DNA from: Amoebidium appalachense
Lineage: Eukaryota; Protista; Ichthyosporea
Reading direction: 5' to 3'
DNA: 64,000 nucleotides
Assembly (NCBI GenBank): GCA_963693365.1
Contig: CAVNZM010000011.1
Location: 7,863,937 to 7,927,936, forward strand
In this document: positions 36,219-48,107 of the stretch, in pieces
Numbering within the stretch: position 1 is the first letter of the stretch
Layout of the letters: every line of letters begins with the position of its first letter
Made by a program: the position numbers and the translations under genes
Notes under the pieces: model-generated
Seen by the model: only the letters and a program-made list of their open reading frames with translations
Database searches by the model: none
Told to the model about the DNA's origin: nothing

Positions 36219-36844
36219 CCGATGCTTATAAGTAACTCATGCACAAATTGTCATCATAGCATTATACTACCACAGTAGTTGGTCGACAATCGAGTGATAC
36301 AGCATGGTGACAGGATACGAATTCACCGAGGACTCACTCAACGAGATGAACGAGCTGTAATACATAGGGAAAGGGGGGGGGATTCAACGGTTAATAACGT
36401 GCAGGGGATTGTTGGGAGCACAACCAAACTTTGCATTAGGCAGTTTCTCTGTGTGGGGGGTCTAACAAAACCGGTCGGAATGGGGGGATATCACCACTTT
36501 CATTCCGCGGCCACCTGATGAGCCTCATCCGCTTTCCATGAGGCGTGCAAAAACAAATTCACATGTCAGTTGCGCCCGTTAGATAATCTCCTTGTGATCA
36601 TTATGATGACCGTATGGATTTTGGTATGTGATCACTATAATGATCGTATGAGGCATAGAATGAGATCATTATGATGATCGTATGGGGTTATAACTAGCGA
36701 TCCTTATGGTGGTCGTATGGGGCATATAATGAGATCATTATAATGATCGTATGGGGGTATAATTAGCGATCCTTATGGTGGTCGTATGGGGCTTCTATGA
36801 AAAACTACTCCGGGGGTCATTCATTCCCAGGACACCCCTACCCC

Positions 36845-36910
<66 letters not shown>

Positions 36911-36943
36911 AAACTATTGTACTTATACATTATAAAAACCCCA

Positions 36944-36974
<31 letters not shown>

Positions 36975-37492
36975 GCTATATGATATATATATATATACAC
37001 ATAAAACTATTGTACTTATACATTATAAAAACAGTATTTATTATTGCAGAATTCGCCGTTTCTTATTAGTTTACAGACGTCGGAAACCTCATATTAAGAT
37101 GTATAGAATCGCCTTCACAGTATGCTTTGTTTTCGACGTCGACGATACCCATCATGTTAGCCTACACAGTATACATACGTAGAACAGGCTTACGACGTCC
37201 ATAGCACATCTATAGCATTGGAATAGGTGCTACATTTGTTTAATGGACGGTGTAAACGCATGCACAGCATGTCCATAGGATGACGTTGGCATATACACAT
37301 GAGGGTCGAGAAATCAGTGGACCTCTTTATTACCCTGTAACATGCTTGTCGACGTCGACGATGGGTTTTCAGCTTTTCCATCCATTAAAATGTCGAGGGT
37401 ACCAAACGCAGCCACTCAGGTATCGTAAACTACTCCGAACCCGTCGTCGACGTCGTAGAGGGGTTTCCGATGGGGGGGGAAGATTGCTGATG
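36219..37492 (+). mobile_element. Other terminal arm of the CATCAGCAATCTT TIR element (inner boundary unknown; may include the satellite). Paralog ends at 24778
   Basis: Ends aagattgctgatg|ACggtcg; carries gtcgacgtcgac-type subterminal palindromes. Confidence 0.7.
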
Positions 37493-38095
37493 ACGGTCGT
37501 TCCTCTCGCAGCCGTCGTTCTCTGGCCGTTCCAAACCCAACCCCAGCCGTTATCTGCTCTCCAGCGGCGCCAAAGTCAGCCTGCGCGTCAAAGAACGTCT
37601 GGCCCCTTCCTACCTCAAGAGCACCTTGGCTGACCAGGCCTCGGTCACTGCGGCTGTCCACGCGGCGGATTGGGTCAGCTACCGCAACAAACGGGAGGCT
37701 CTGACGCTTGCCCGTATGCTGGATCTGCTGCTGGCCGCCGACCCTAAGGCCCGCAAGGAGTCACCTACTGTGGAAGTTGGTGTGCGCCGTCTGCTGGCTG
37801 TGCAGACTGCTGATCAGTCCAACGGGGACTGGGCTGTTGCAGAGCAGTTTGAGGAGCTCCCTGCGCGCAGCCTGCCCCTGCCCCCTGCCTTGGCCACCCG
37901 GGCTGTTCGTCAAGCCAAGACCCTCGCCGAAGTCACCCGGGCTCGGCGCGGTCCCGGCAGTGGCCCATCCGGAGCCGGTCCATCGACCCCTCCGGGGACC
38001 GGTGGCCACAGGGCCTAAACGGCCCTTTGGGGGTTCGGCACGCGGTTCTGTATATTATTTTCTCGTGGTTTCCTGCCACGTGCCCTTGATTCAAT

Positions 38096-40150
38096 ATGCC
38101 CCCTAATTTTTCTAAGGATTCCACAGCTATGCCACGTCATGTCTTTGCCGCCTCTGATTTGTTTCCTGTTCCGGCCATTCCTGTGCCGGACTGTTCTGGA
38201 CAAGCCCGTCTACGGAGTCAACGCCGTCGGCAACGTCTGTCTCACCGTCTGAAGGGGGTTACCTTGGCTAACCGTTGTCCTGGTGCCCTCAACGAGCTGT
38301 GGGCAGGCGGCCCTTGCCCATTCCCGACCCGGTTGGTGAACAGTCACCACCATGCCCTGTGGACCTTTGTCCTTAGGGCCAGCTACGATGCTATACGCGC
38401 GGGTGTCTACGACGCTCAGCCTGCGTGTAGTGTCTTGGCTGCGTTCCCCGCGGCCTACCCTGTATTGACAGGATGGCTACCTCTCACGGCGGCAAATGCC
38501 GCTTTGCCACCCCCTGGGGTTGGAGCCACAGTGGACGTGTTGCAGTGTTTGTCTCCTACGCTGCAGCCGTTTTTGGCCAACTGCGACGGCGGCCTTCTCA
38601 AGCCTGTTCTGCCGACGCCTGCAGAGCTGCGCCGCATCCGACCGGCGCATCACGTTCCCAGTGGGGAATACGGTCCCCTGCTTCTTCGGCTTCAAGACTG
38701 CGGCATGGTGCACTATTTCGAGGCAAAGGAAAAACCACTGGCCATCAATGGGCTGTTTGGGGTCCCCAAAGACACCAGAGCCCGCGTCATTTTTGACGGC
38801 CGCCGTGGCAACCTGTTCTTTGCCCGTGATCATCCTGCCCTCCAGGTGCACCTGCCCAACCCTGCCGATTTTGCCGATGTGTTGCTGGGGCCTGAGGATT
38901 GCCTCTATTTTGGCAAGTCGGACATGGACAACCAGTTCCATCGTCTTCTTGCCCCCGAGTGGCTGTGGCGGTACTTCGGATTGCCGCCTGTGTCTTCGGA
39001 GGCTGTTGGCATTTCTGGGCCCGACCGGCTTGTGTACCCGGCCCTCAAGACCGTGCCCATGGGCTGGGTGCATTCTGTGCTTGTGGCTCAAGACGTCCAT
39101 GGGCAGTTGGCTGACCGAGCCGGCATGCCCCGCATTGAGCGCCTCTGTGCGATAGTGCCGCGGCCTGTGGAGGCCACGCAGCATGCCCTGTATGTGGACG
39201 ACTGTGGCTGGGTCGGCACAGATGCCACCGCCATCAATCGTCAGCGTGAATCGTATCATGGCGTCACCGGCTCGGCTGGTCTTCCCTCCAATGTCAAGAA
39301 GGATGTGGCTGCTGGTTCGTCGTCCTCTATGGTGCTGGTAGGCCTGGAAATGCATCGCTCTGGGATATTGCGCCCGTCTGGCGCTTCCTTGTGCCGTCTG
39401 GTGGCGGAAACCCAGGCCGTGTTGCGTCGTGGTGTCGTCACGCAGCTCCGTTTGCAGCAGTTGCTTGGTGGTTGGGTGTGGGCGGCACTGCTGCAGCGGC
39501 CGCTTTTGTCGGTTCTGAGTGCCGTCTACAGTTTTGTGGAGCAGCTGGGGGGTCGGGAACAGCCCCTTCCCCCGCCCGTGGTGTGGGAGCTTCAGGCGAT
39601 GTGTGCTTTGGCCCCGTTGATGCGTTGTGATTTGCGTTCTGGGTTTGCTAGCACCATGTTCTGCACTGATGCTTCCTTGTTGGGTGGTGCAGTGGTGTCC
39701 CGGGTGCTTCCAGCAACGCTTCTCCGCGAAGTGCTGCCTCACTGCAACCGGCGTGGCCACTACAGCCAGCTGTCTGGTCCTGTGCACGAGCCAAGCCCGT
39801 CGGCCCCCCCGGCACCTATCCTGGCAGCTGTTGGTGGCCGGTGGACCAGCAACATCAGTCATCGTTGGTGCCACTCCAACCACATCAACATTCTGGAGGG
39901 AGAAGCCTTGCTCCTGGGGCTTCGTCGATTAGGTCGATCTACGGCTGTCCGGGGCTCCCGCTACCTTTGTGGCCTCGATTCGACGGCGCTGCTTGGGGCT
40001 GTTGCTAAGGGTCGTTCAGCCTCCTGACGCCTGAACCGTGTATGCCGCCAGGTGGCTGCCTACACGCTTGCCCTCGACATTCGTTTGTATTGTGTGTGGC
40101 TGCCGTCAGCCCACAATCCTGCAGATGGTCCCTCGCGGTTTTCTGGCTGA
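38096..40150 (+). pseudogene. RT/RNase H of copy T with premature TGA at 40025 (CGA>TGA)
   Basis: 643-aa ORF stops before the last RNase H motif. Confidence 0.88.
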
Positions 40151-41054
40151 CCAGGCCATAAAGCCCCCAACCCTCAAGGCCTACCGGGATGCTGTTGTTG
40201 AGTTCCTGGATTGGTTGCCCCCTGGTACCGACACCAAGTCCCCCGCCGAACTGGACGACCTCCTGGTGGAGTATTTTGAGGAGTGTTATGCCATTGATCC
40301 ATCGCGTGGCCAGCGTCAGCGCTGTGTCAACACAGCTGCCGGCATCAAACATTTCATGCCACGCCTGGGTCCACACCTGCAGGCCGCCCAACGGAGCCTG
40401 CAGGGCTGGAACCGGCTTGTTCCAGCAAAGACCACGCCCCCGCTTCCGTTTTCATTGGTCCTCGTCATTGGCCATCATTTGTATTCCAAAATTGGCCCCT
40501 TGTTTAATATTGCTGTTTTGCTTGGATTTGAGTGTTATTTTCGTGTCAGTGAGCTGCTTATGCTCACCCGTGCGGATCTTATATTGCCCGACGACCCGTT
40601 CCCCACGACATGCCATCCGGTACAGGCGGCATCCGCCTGGCCGACACCAAGACCGGTCCAAATCAGTTTGTCCCCATCACCGATCCGTCCCTGTTGGCCA
40701 TCCTGTCTTTCTGGTTCCGTGGCGCCCCCCCCTTCTGCGCGGCTGTTTCCTTTCTCGTATGATGTTCTGCATGCCAAGTTCCAAGCGGCATGTGACTCCC
40801 TCGGCCTCAACGAGTATGGGTTCCATCTTCACAGTCTTCGCCATGGTGGTGCCTCGAGAGACTATGTCAGGGGTGTTTCAGTAGAGACGATTGCTCTGCG
40901 TGGTCAATGGAGATCGCATACCTCCCTCCGCCGGTATGTGCAGGCCGGCCAGTCTCTTGTTCTTTCTATTCGGGTGCCTGCGTCGCTCCTTGCCCGGGCT
41001 GCAGCGCTGCGTCAGTCACCCACGGCATGGTTCGTTCCTTCCCGTGCCAGGTAG
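40038..41054 (+). pseudogene. YR of copy T with two compensating frameshifts and W-motif changes
   Basis: The middle ~43 aa are read out of frame (DTKTG lost); RGQWRS. Confidence 0.82.
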
Positions 41055-41823
41055 GAAGTGGTGGAGCACACCTGTGCCTGCTTGTGATTGATCCACAGGC
41101 ACCGGCTCATGTATCCCCTTGCTGGGGCTGGTAAAGACGACGTTGGCATAAGAATATTAAGTTTGTAAACGTGTTTTCTTTGCAGGAGAATTAGATAGCC
41201 CCGTTGGAGTGAAATTGTGTGTTGCGAGTGTGCTGTAAACTTCGTGGTAGTATAATGCTGTAGGCCAAAGTTTCAGGCTGCTAGCATTTTTATTTAGGGA
41301 GCTGTAGCTGTTTTTATGTTCTGTGGGATATGCCATATGGATATATTGATGAGTTTGAGTTATATCTAGTCCGAAATGGGCGGCAATCGATTTGGTCTTT
41401 ATGATCTAGGGGTTTTAGCCACTTGTGAAAATTTTTCATTGGTTGATGTGCAGCAAAAATTCCATTTTGGTAGATTTCATGGATTTGATAGGTTCTAAGT
41501 CATTTCTTCATATTTCCATAGGCAAAAATGTGGGCCGCGCTCTATAATGAGCTTGCGTGGCCCCAGGGAGGTCAGTTGCGGCGCTACTGAGCGCGTTTAG
41601 GTCTCTTTAGGCCCAATTTTTTAGCTAAGTTTTTGCCCACCCACCACTTCCTTTGCCTATTTAGGCACTAGGCTAAGTTTTTTGAGCATGTTTCTGTATG
41701 ACATTTGTCATTCTTTTCATTGCTCCTGTGGAGCACACCTGTGCCTGCTTGTGAGATTGATCCACAGGCACCGGCTCATGTATCCCCTTGCTGGGGCTGG
41801 TAAAGACGACGTTGGCATAAGAA

Positions 41824-42610
41824 CGCCGATCATTTTGAGGAGTGGTTCCTGGAAATTTGCACTTCGTTTCCGGAAGGGACCGTAATCGTGATGGATAACG
41901 CACCGTATCACGCACGCATGAAGAACAGACCCCCCACAAAATCGAGCACCCGGAAATACATGGAGGAATGGATCGAGGAAAATGGGATCAAGCCGATGGA
42001 CCCGACTACTGGCATGGAGAAGGATTACAACCCAAAGGATTATCGAACGGTCGAGATTCTTTGGAATTGAACTCGTGAGTAAGGAGCGTGATTCATATGT
42101 GGCCAATGCAAGGAGGGAGACCGACAGGATTGCTGAGGCATATGGCCATACAATTCTGTGGTTGCCAGTGGGGGGGTGTCGGTTCAACCCAATCGAAATG
42201 GCGTGGTCTCAGGTGAAGGGGTATGTAGCCCGAATAATAGCAAGTTCACCCTAGAGGAGGTTGAAAGATTGGTGAATGTGGGGTTGAGGTTGGTAGATGT
42301 AGATGATTGGAAGGCTCTCGTGCATAAGGCTGAGCGTCAGATTGCTGCATTTATTCATGGAGATCAGGAAAATCTCGCTCTGCATAATCTTAGAAAAAGA
42401 TTTAGGCGTCATGATGCCATTGATCAGCAGTTTGCAGAGCTCGAGCAGGACATTGATCCTGTTGAAGGTGTAAATGTGTATCTCAGGAAAGCCCCCCCCA
42501 TCATGGGTCGAGTGGACACATGGGTATGTGCTTGTCTGGGAGAATGCACTTGTGATTGGGCGAGGTGTGAGCGGGTAGAGATAGAGCTGGATGAGAGTGA
42601 TTGTGAGTGA
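41824..42610 (+). pseudogene. DDE transposase C-terminal part (two frameshifts)
   Basis: ADHFEEWF..TVIVMDNAPYH (second D) ... GHTILWLP..FNPIEMAWSQVKGYV (E). Confidence 0.88.
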
Positions 42611-43144
42611 ATGAGAGTCCGATTCTGAGTGATTGAAGTCATACGAATGTAATATTGAATGTTTTCTGAATGAACTTTTGTTAATGAATGAATTATAATA
42701 TATTTTTGAAATAAATAGAGATATTTAGAGACATTTTCATAAAACCCGATAAAGCATTCCATACATTCCACAGGCCGATCCGTGCACTGATGACCTCGTC
42801 CTCAGGGAGAGGGAAGACAAAAGCTGCAAATGCTACACCATTGTGATAGTAAAGTAAATTCATACAGGCGCTACGATTTTTTTACACACAAAGTATATAT
42901 ATATATTTATTTGTGGTGGTAATTATGTGCATTTACTTTGCAGCCATTCTAAAGAAAACGCTCTCTGCATGTGCATGCATGTCCTTTGAAATCTTTATGG
43001 AATTTACTTTGCTCCTGGTAAGACGTACAAGGCTTGGCAACTGAGCCCACTCATTCCTGCCAATCATATCATTGCGCTCTTACGTAAGCGTTGCGCAAAG
43101 ACCTGCCTTACTCTGATTGGTGCAAGAATTCAATGCAAAGGTTT
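41824..43144 (+). mobile_element. 3' half of the IS630-Tc1-mariner (Sailor-like) element
   Basis: Ends in ctgattggtgcaagaattcaatgcaaaggttt followed by TA (43145-46), matching the terminus at 13535-13566. Confidence 0.8.
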
Positions 43145-46100
43145 TAAATAGGCAAAGGGTGTGGTGGGTGGGCAAAAACTTAGCTAAAAAATTGGGCCTA
43201 ACTTAAGAGACCTAAACGCGCTCAGTAGCGCCGCAACTGACCTCCCTGGGGCCGCGCAAGCACATTATATAGCGCCGCCCACATTGCAATGGCCCCTCCT
43301 CCTGCTCTGGTGGCCAAGGAGGCCGCTCTCCTCGAAAAGCTTTTGGAGATCCCTACCGATGCGGATTGGGTCAGCTACCGCAACAAACGGGAGGCTCTGA
43401 CACTTGCCCGCATGCTGGATCTGCTGCTGGCTGCCGACCCTAAGGCCCGCAAGGAGTCGCCTGCTGTGGAAGTTGGTGTGCACCGTCTGCTGGCTGTGCA
43501 GACTGCTGATCAGTCCAACGGGGACTGGGCTGTTGCAGAGCAGTTTGAGGAGCTCCCTGCGCGCAGCCTGTCCCTGCCCCCTGCCTTGGCCACCCGGGCT
43601 GTTCGTCAAGCCAAGACCCTCGCCGAAGTCACCTGGGCTCGGCGCGGCCCCGGCATGGCCCATCCGGCGCCGGTCGATCGACCCCTCCGGGGACCAGTGG
43701 CCACAGGGCCTAAACGGCCCTTTGGGGGTTCGGCACGCGGTTGTGTATTTTATTTTCTGGTGGTTTCTTGCCGCGTGCCCTTGATTTAATATGCCCCCTA
43801 ATTTTTCTCAGGATTCCACAGCTTTGCCACGTCATGTCTTTGCCGCCTCTGATTTGTTTCCTGTTCCGGCCAATCCTGTGCCGGACCGTTCTGGACAAGC
43901 CCGTCTACGGAGTCAACGCCTTCGGCAACGTCTGTCTCACCGCCTGAAGGGGGTTACCTTGGCTAACCGTTGTCTTGGTGCCCTCAACGAGCTGTGGGCA
44001 GGCGGGACTTGCCCATTCCCGACCCCGTTGGTGAACAGTCACCACCATGCCCTGTGGACCTTTGTCCTTAGGGCCAGCTACGCTGCTATACGCGCGGGTG
44101 TCTACGACGCTCAGCCTGCGAGTAGTGTCTTGGCTGCGTTCCCCGCGGCCTACCCTGTATTGACAGGATGGCTACCTCTCACGGCGGCAAATGCCGCTTT
44201 GCCACCCCCTGGGGTTGGAGCCACAGTGGACGTGTTGCAGTTTTTGTCTCCTACACTGCAGCCGTTTTTGGCCAACTGCGACGGCGGCCTTCTCAAGCCT
44301 GTTCCGCCGACGCCTGCAGAGCTGCGCCGCATCCAACCGGCGCATCACGTTCCCAGTGGGGAATACGGTCCCCTCCTTCTTCGGCTTCAAGATTGCGGCA
44401 TGGTGCATTATTTCGCGGCGGAGGAAAAACCACTGGCCATCAATGGGCTGTTTGGGGTCCCCAAAAACACCAGAGCCCGCGTCATTTTTGACGGCCGCCG
44501 TGGCAACCTGTTCTTTTCCCGTGATCATCCTGCCCTCAAGGTGCACCTGCCCAACCCTGCCGATTTTGCCGATCTGTTGCTGGGACCTGAGGATTGCCTC
44601 TATTTTGGCAAGTCGGACATGGACAACCAGTTCCATCGCCTTCTTGCCCCCGAGTGGCTGTGGCGGTACTTCGGATTGCCGCCTGTGTCTTCGGAGGCTG
44701 TTGGTCTTTCTGGGCCCGACCGGCTTGTGTACCGGGCCCTCAAGACCGTGCCCATGCGCTGGGTGCATTCTGTGCTTGTGGCTCAAGGCGTCCATGGGCA
44801 ACTAGTTGGCTGACCGAGCCGGCATGCCTCGCATTGAGCGCCTCTGTGCGATAGTGCCGCGGCCTGTGGAGGCCACGCAGCATGCCCTGTATGTGGACGA
44901 CTGTGGCTGGGTCGGCACAGATGCCACCGCCATCAATCGTCAGCGTGAATCGTATCATGGCGTCACCGGCCCGGCTGGTCTTCCCTCCAACGTCAAGAAG
45001 GATGTGGCTGCTGGTTCGCCGTCCTCTATGGGGCTCCTAGGGTTGGAAATGCATCGCTCTGGGATATTGCGCCCGTCTGGTGCTTCCTTGTGCCGTCTGG
45101 TGGCAGAAACCCAGGCCGTGTTGCGTCGTGGTGTCGTCACACAGCTCCGTTTGCAGCAGTTGCTTGGTGGTTGGGTGTGGGCGGCACTGCTGCAGCAGCC
45201 GCTTTTGTCGGTTCTGAGTGCCGTCTACAGTTTTGTGGAGCAGCTGGGGGGTCGAGAACAGCCCCTTCCACCGCCCGTGTTGTGGGAGCTTCAGGCGATG
45301 TGTTCTTTGGCCCCGTTGATGCGTTGTGATTTGCGTTCTGGGTTTGCTAGCACCATGTTCTGCACTGATGCTTCCTTGTTGGGTGGTGCAGTGGTGTCCC
45401 GGGTGCTGCCAGCAGCGCTTCTCCGCCAAGTGCTGCCTCACTGCAACCGGCGTGGCCACTACAGCCCGCTGTCTGATCCCGTGCACGAGCCAAGCCCGTC
45501 CGCCCCCCCGGCACCTATCCTGGCAGCTGTTGGTGGCGGGTGGACCACCAACATCAGTCATCGTTGGCGCCACCCCGACCACATCAACATTCTGGAGGGA
45601 GAAGCCTTGCTCCTGGGGCTTCGTCGATTAGGTCGGTCTACGGCTGCCCGGGGCTCCCGCTACCTTTGGGGCCTTGATTCGACGGCGCTGCTTGGGGCTG
45701 TGGCTAAGGGTCGTTCAGCATCCCGACGCCTTAACCGTGTATGCCGCCAGGTGGCTGCCTACACGCTTGCCCTCGACATTCGTTTGTATTGTATGTGGCT
45801 GCCGTCGGCCCACAATCCTGCAGATGGTCCCTCGCGGTTTTCTGGTTGACCAGGCCATAAAGCCCCCAACCCTCAAGGCTACCGGGATGTTGTTGTTGAG
45901 TTCCTGGATTTGTTGCCCCGTGGCACCGACACCAAGTCCCCCGCCGACCTGGACGACCTCCTGGTGGAGAATTTTCAGGAGTGTTATGCCATTGATCCAT
46001 CGCGTGGCCAGCGTCAGCAATGTGTCAACACAGCTGCCGGCATCAAACATATCATGCCCCGCCTGGGTCCACACCTGCAGGCCGCCCAACGGAGCCTGCA

Positions 46101-46366
46101 GGGCTGGAACCGGCTTGTTCCAGCAAAGACCACGCCCCCGCTTCCGTTTTCACAAGATCCGCACGGGTGAGCAGAAGCAGCTCACTGACACGAAAATAAC
46201 ACTCAAATCTGAGCAAAACAACAAAACCAAACAAGGGGCCAATTTTGGAATACCTCGTCCTCGTCACTCGCCATCATTTGTATTCCAAAATTGGCCCCTT
46301 GTTTGGTATTGCTGTTTTGCTCGGATTTGATATTTAGTTTGTAAACCAGTTTTTTCTTTGCAGGAG
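43145..46366 (+). mobile_element. Degenerate YR-element pieces: minus-strand spacer/A fragment (43145-~43281), deleted gag, frameshifted RT (43791-45849), partial YR with fold-back, 37-bp A1 start (46330-46366)
   Basis: Homology to E1; gag deletion at gcgga microhomology; RT frameshift near 44800. Confidence 0.85.
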
Positions 46367-47091
46367 GAGCCGGTGCCTGTGGATCAATCTCACAAGCAGG
46401 CACAGGTGTGCTCCACAGGAGCAATGAAAAGAATGACAAATGTCATACAGAAACATGCTCAAAAAACGTAGCCTAGTGCCTAAATAGGCAAAGGGTGTGG
46501 TGGGTGGGCAAAAACTTAGCTAAAAAATTGGGCCTAAAGAGACCTAAACGCGCTCAGTAGCGCCGCAACTGACCTCCCTGGGGCCACGCAAGCTCATTAT
46601 AGAGCGCGGCCCACATTTTTGCCTATGGAAATATGAAGAAATGACTTAGAACCTATCAAATCCATGAAATCTACCAAAATGGAATTTTTGCTGCACATCA
46701 ACCAATGAAAAATTTTCACAAGTGGCTAAAACCCCTAGATCATAAAGACCAAATCCATTGCCGCCCATTTCGGACTAGATATAACTCAAACTCATCAATA
46801 TATCCATATGGCATATCCCACAGAACATAAAAACAGCTACAGCTCCCTAAATAAAAATGCTAGCAGCCTGAAACTTTGGCCTACAGCATTATACTACCAC
46901 GAAGTTTACAGCACACTCGCAACACACAATTTCACTCCAACGGGGCTATCTAATTCTCCTGCAAAGAAAACACGTTTACAAACTTAATATTCTTATGCCA
47001 ACGTCGTCTTTACCAGCCCCAGCAAGGGGATACATGAGCCGGTGCCTGTGGATCAATCTCACAAGCAGGCACAGGTGTGCTCCACCACTCC

Positions 47092-48107
47092 CTACCTGGC
47101 ACGGGAAGGAACGAACCATGCCGTGGGTGACTGACGCAGCGCTGCAGCCCGGGCAAGGAGCGACGCAGGCACGCGAATAGAAAGAACAAGAGACTGGCCG
47201 GCCTGCACATACCGGCGGAGGGAGGCATGCGATCTCCATCGACCACGCAGAGCAATCGTCTCTACTGAAACACCCCTGACATAGTCTCTCGAGGCACCAC
47301 CATGGCGAAGACTGTGAAGATGGAACCCATACTCGTTGAGGCCGAGGGAGTCACATGCCGCGTGGAACTTAGCACGCAGAACATCATACGAGAAAGGAAA
47401 CAGCCGCGCAGAAGGGGGGCGCCACGGAACCAGAAAGACAGGATGGCCAACAGGGACGGATCGGTGATGGGGACAAACTGATTTGGACCGGTCTTGGTGT
47501 CGGCCAGGCGGATGCCGCCTGTACCGGGTGGCATGTCGTGGGGAACGGGGTCGTCGGGCAAAATAAGATCCGCACGGGTGAGCATAAGCAGCTCACTGAC
47601 ACGAAAATAACACTCAAATCCGAGCAAAACAGCAATACCAAACAATGGGCCAATTATGGAATACAAATGATGGCCAATGACAAGGACCAATGAAAACGGA
47701 AGCGGGGGCGTGGTCTTTGCTGGAACAAGCCGGTTCCAGCCCTGCAGGCTCCGTTGGGCGGCCTGCAGGTGTGGACCCAGGCGTGGCATGAAATGCTTGA
47801 TGCCGGCAGCTGTGTTGACACAGCGCTGACGCTGGCCACGCGATGGATCAATGGCATAACACTCCTCAAAATACTCCACCAGGAGGTCGTCCAGTTCGGC
47901 GGGGGACTTGGTGTCGGTACCAGGGGGCAACCAATCCAGGAACTCAACAACAGCATCCCGGTAGGCCTTGAGGGTTGGGGGCTTTATGGCCTGGTCAGCC
48001 AGAAAACCGTGAGGGACCATCTGCAGGATTGTGGGCTGACGGCAGCCACACACAATACAAACGAATGTCGAGGGCAAGCGTGTAGGCAGCCACCTGGCGG
48101 CATACAC
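47092..48107 (-). pseudogene. YR of E3, frameshifted by a 1-bp deletion in a G run (~47415)
   Basis: The ORF leaves frame after FRGAP, so HSLRH and the catalytic Y are lost. Confidence 0.85.

Larger units (their letters stand above)
31158..41154. repeat. Segmental duplication copy 2
   Basis: Near-identical to 17315-25081 apart from satellite copy number and the 3.37-kb deletion in copy 1. Confidence 0.93.
37493..41823 (+). mobile_element. 3' half of split YR element copy T (gag C-terminus, RT/RH, YR, B1, A2, B2)
   Basis: Ends cataaGAA|cgccgat, where the Tc1-like transposase resumes. Confidence 0.92.
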
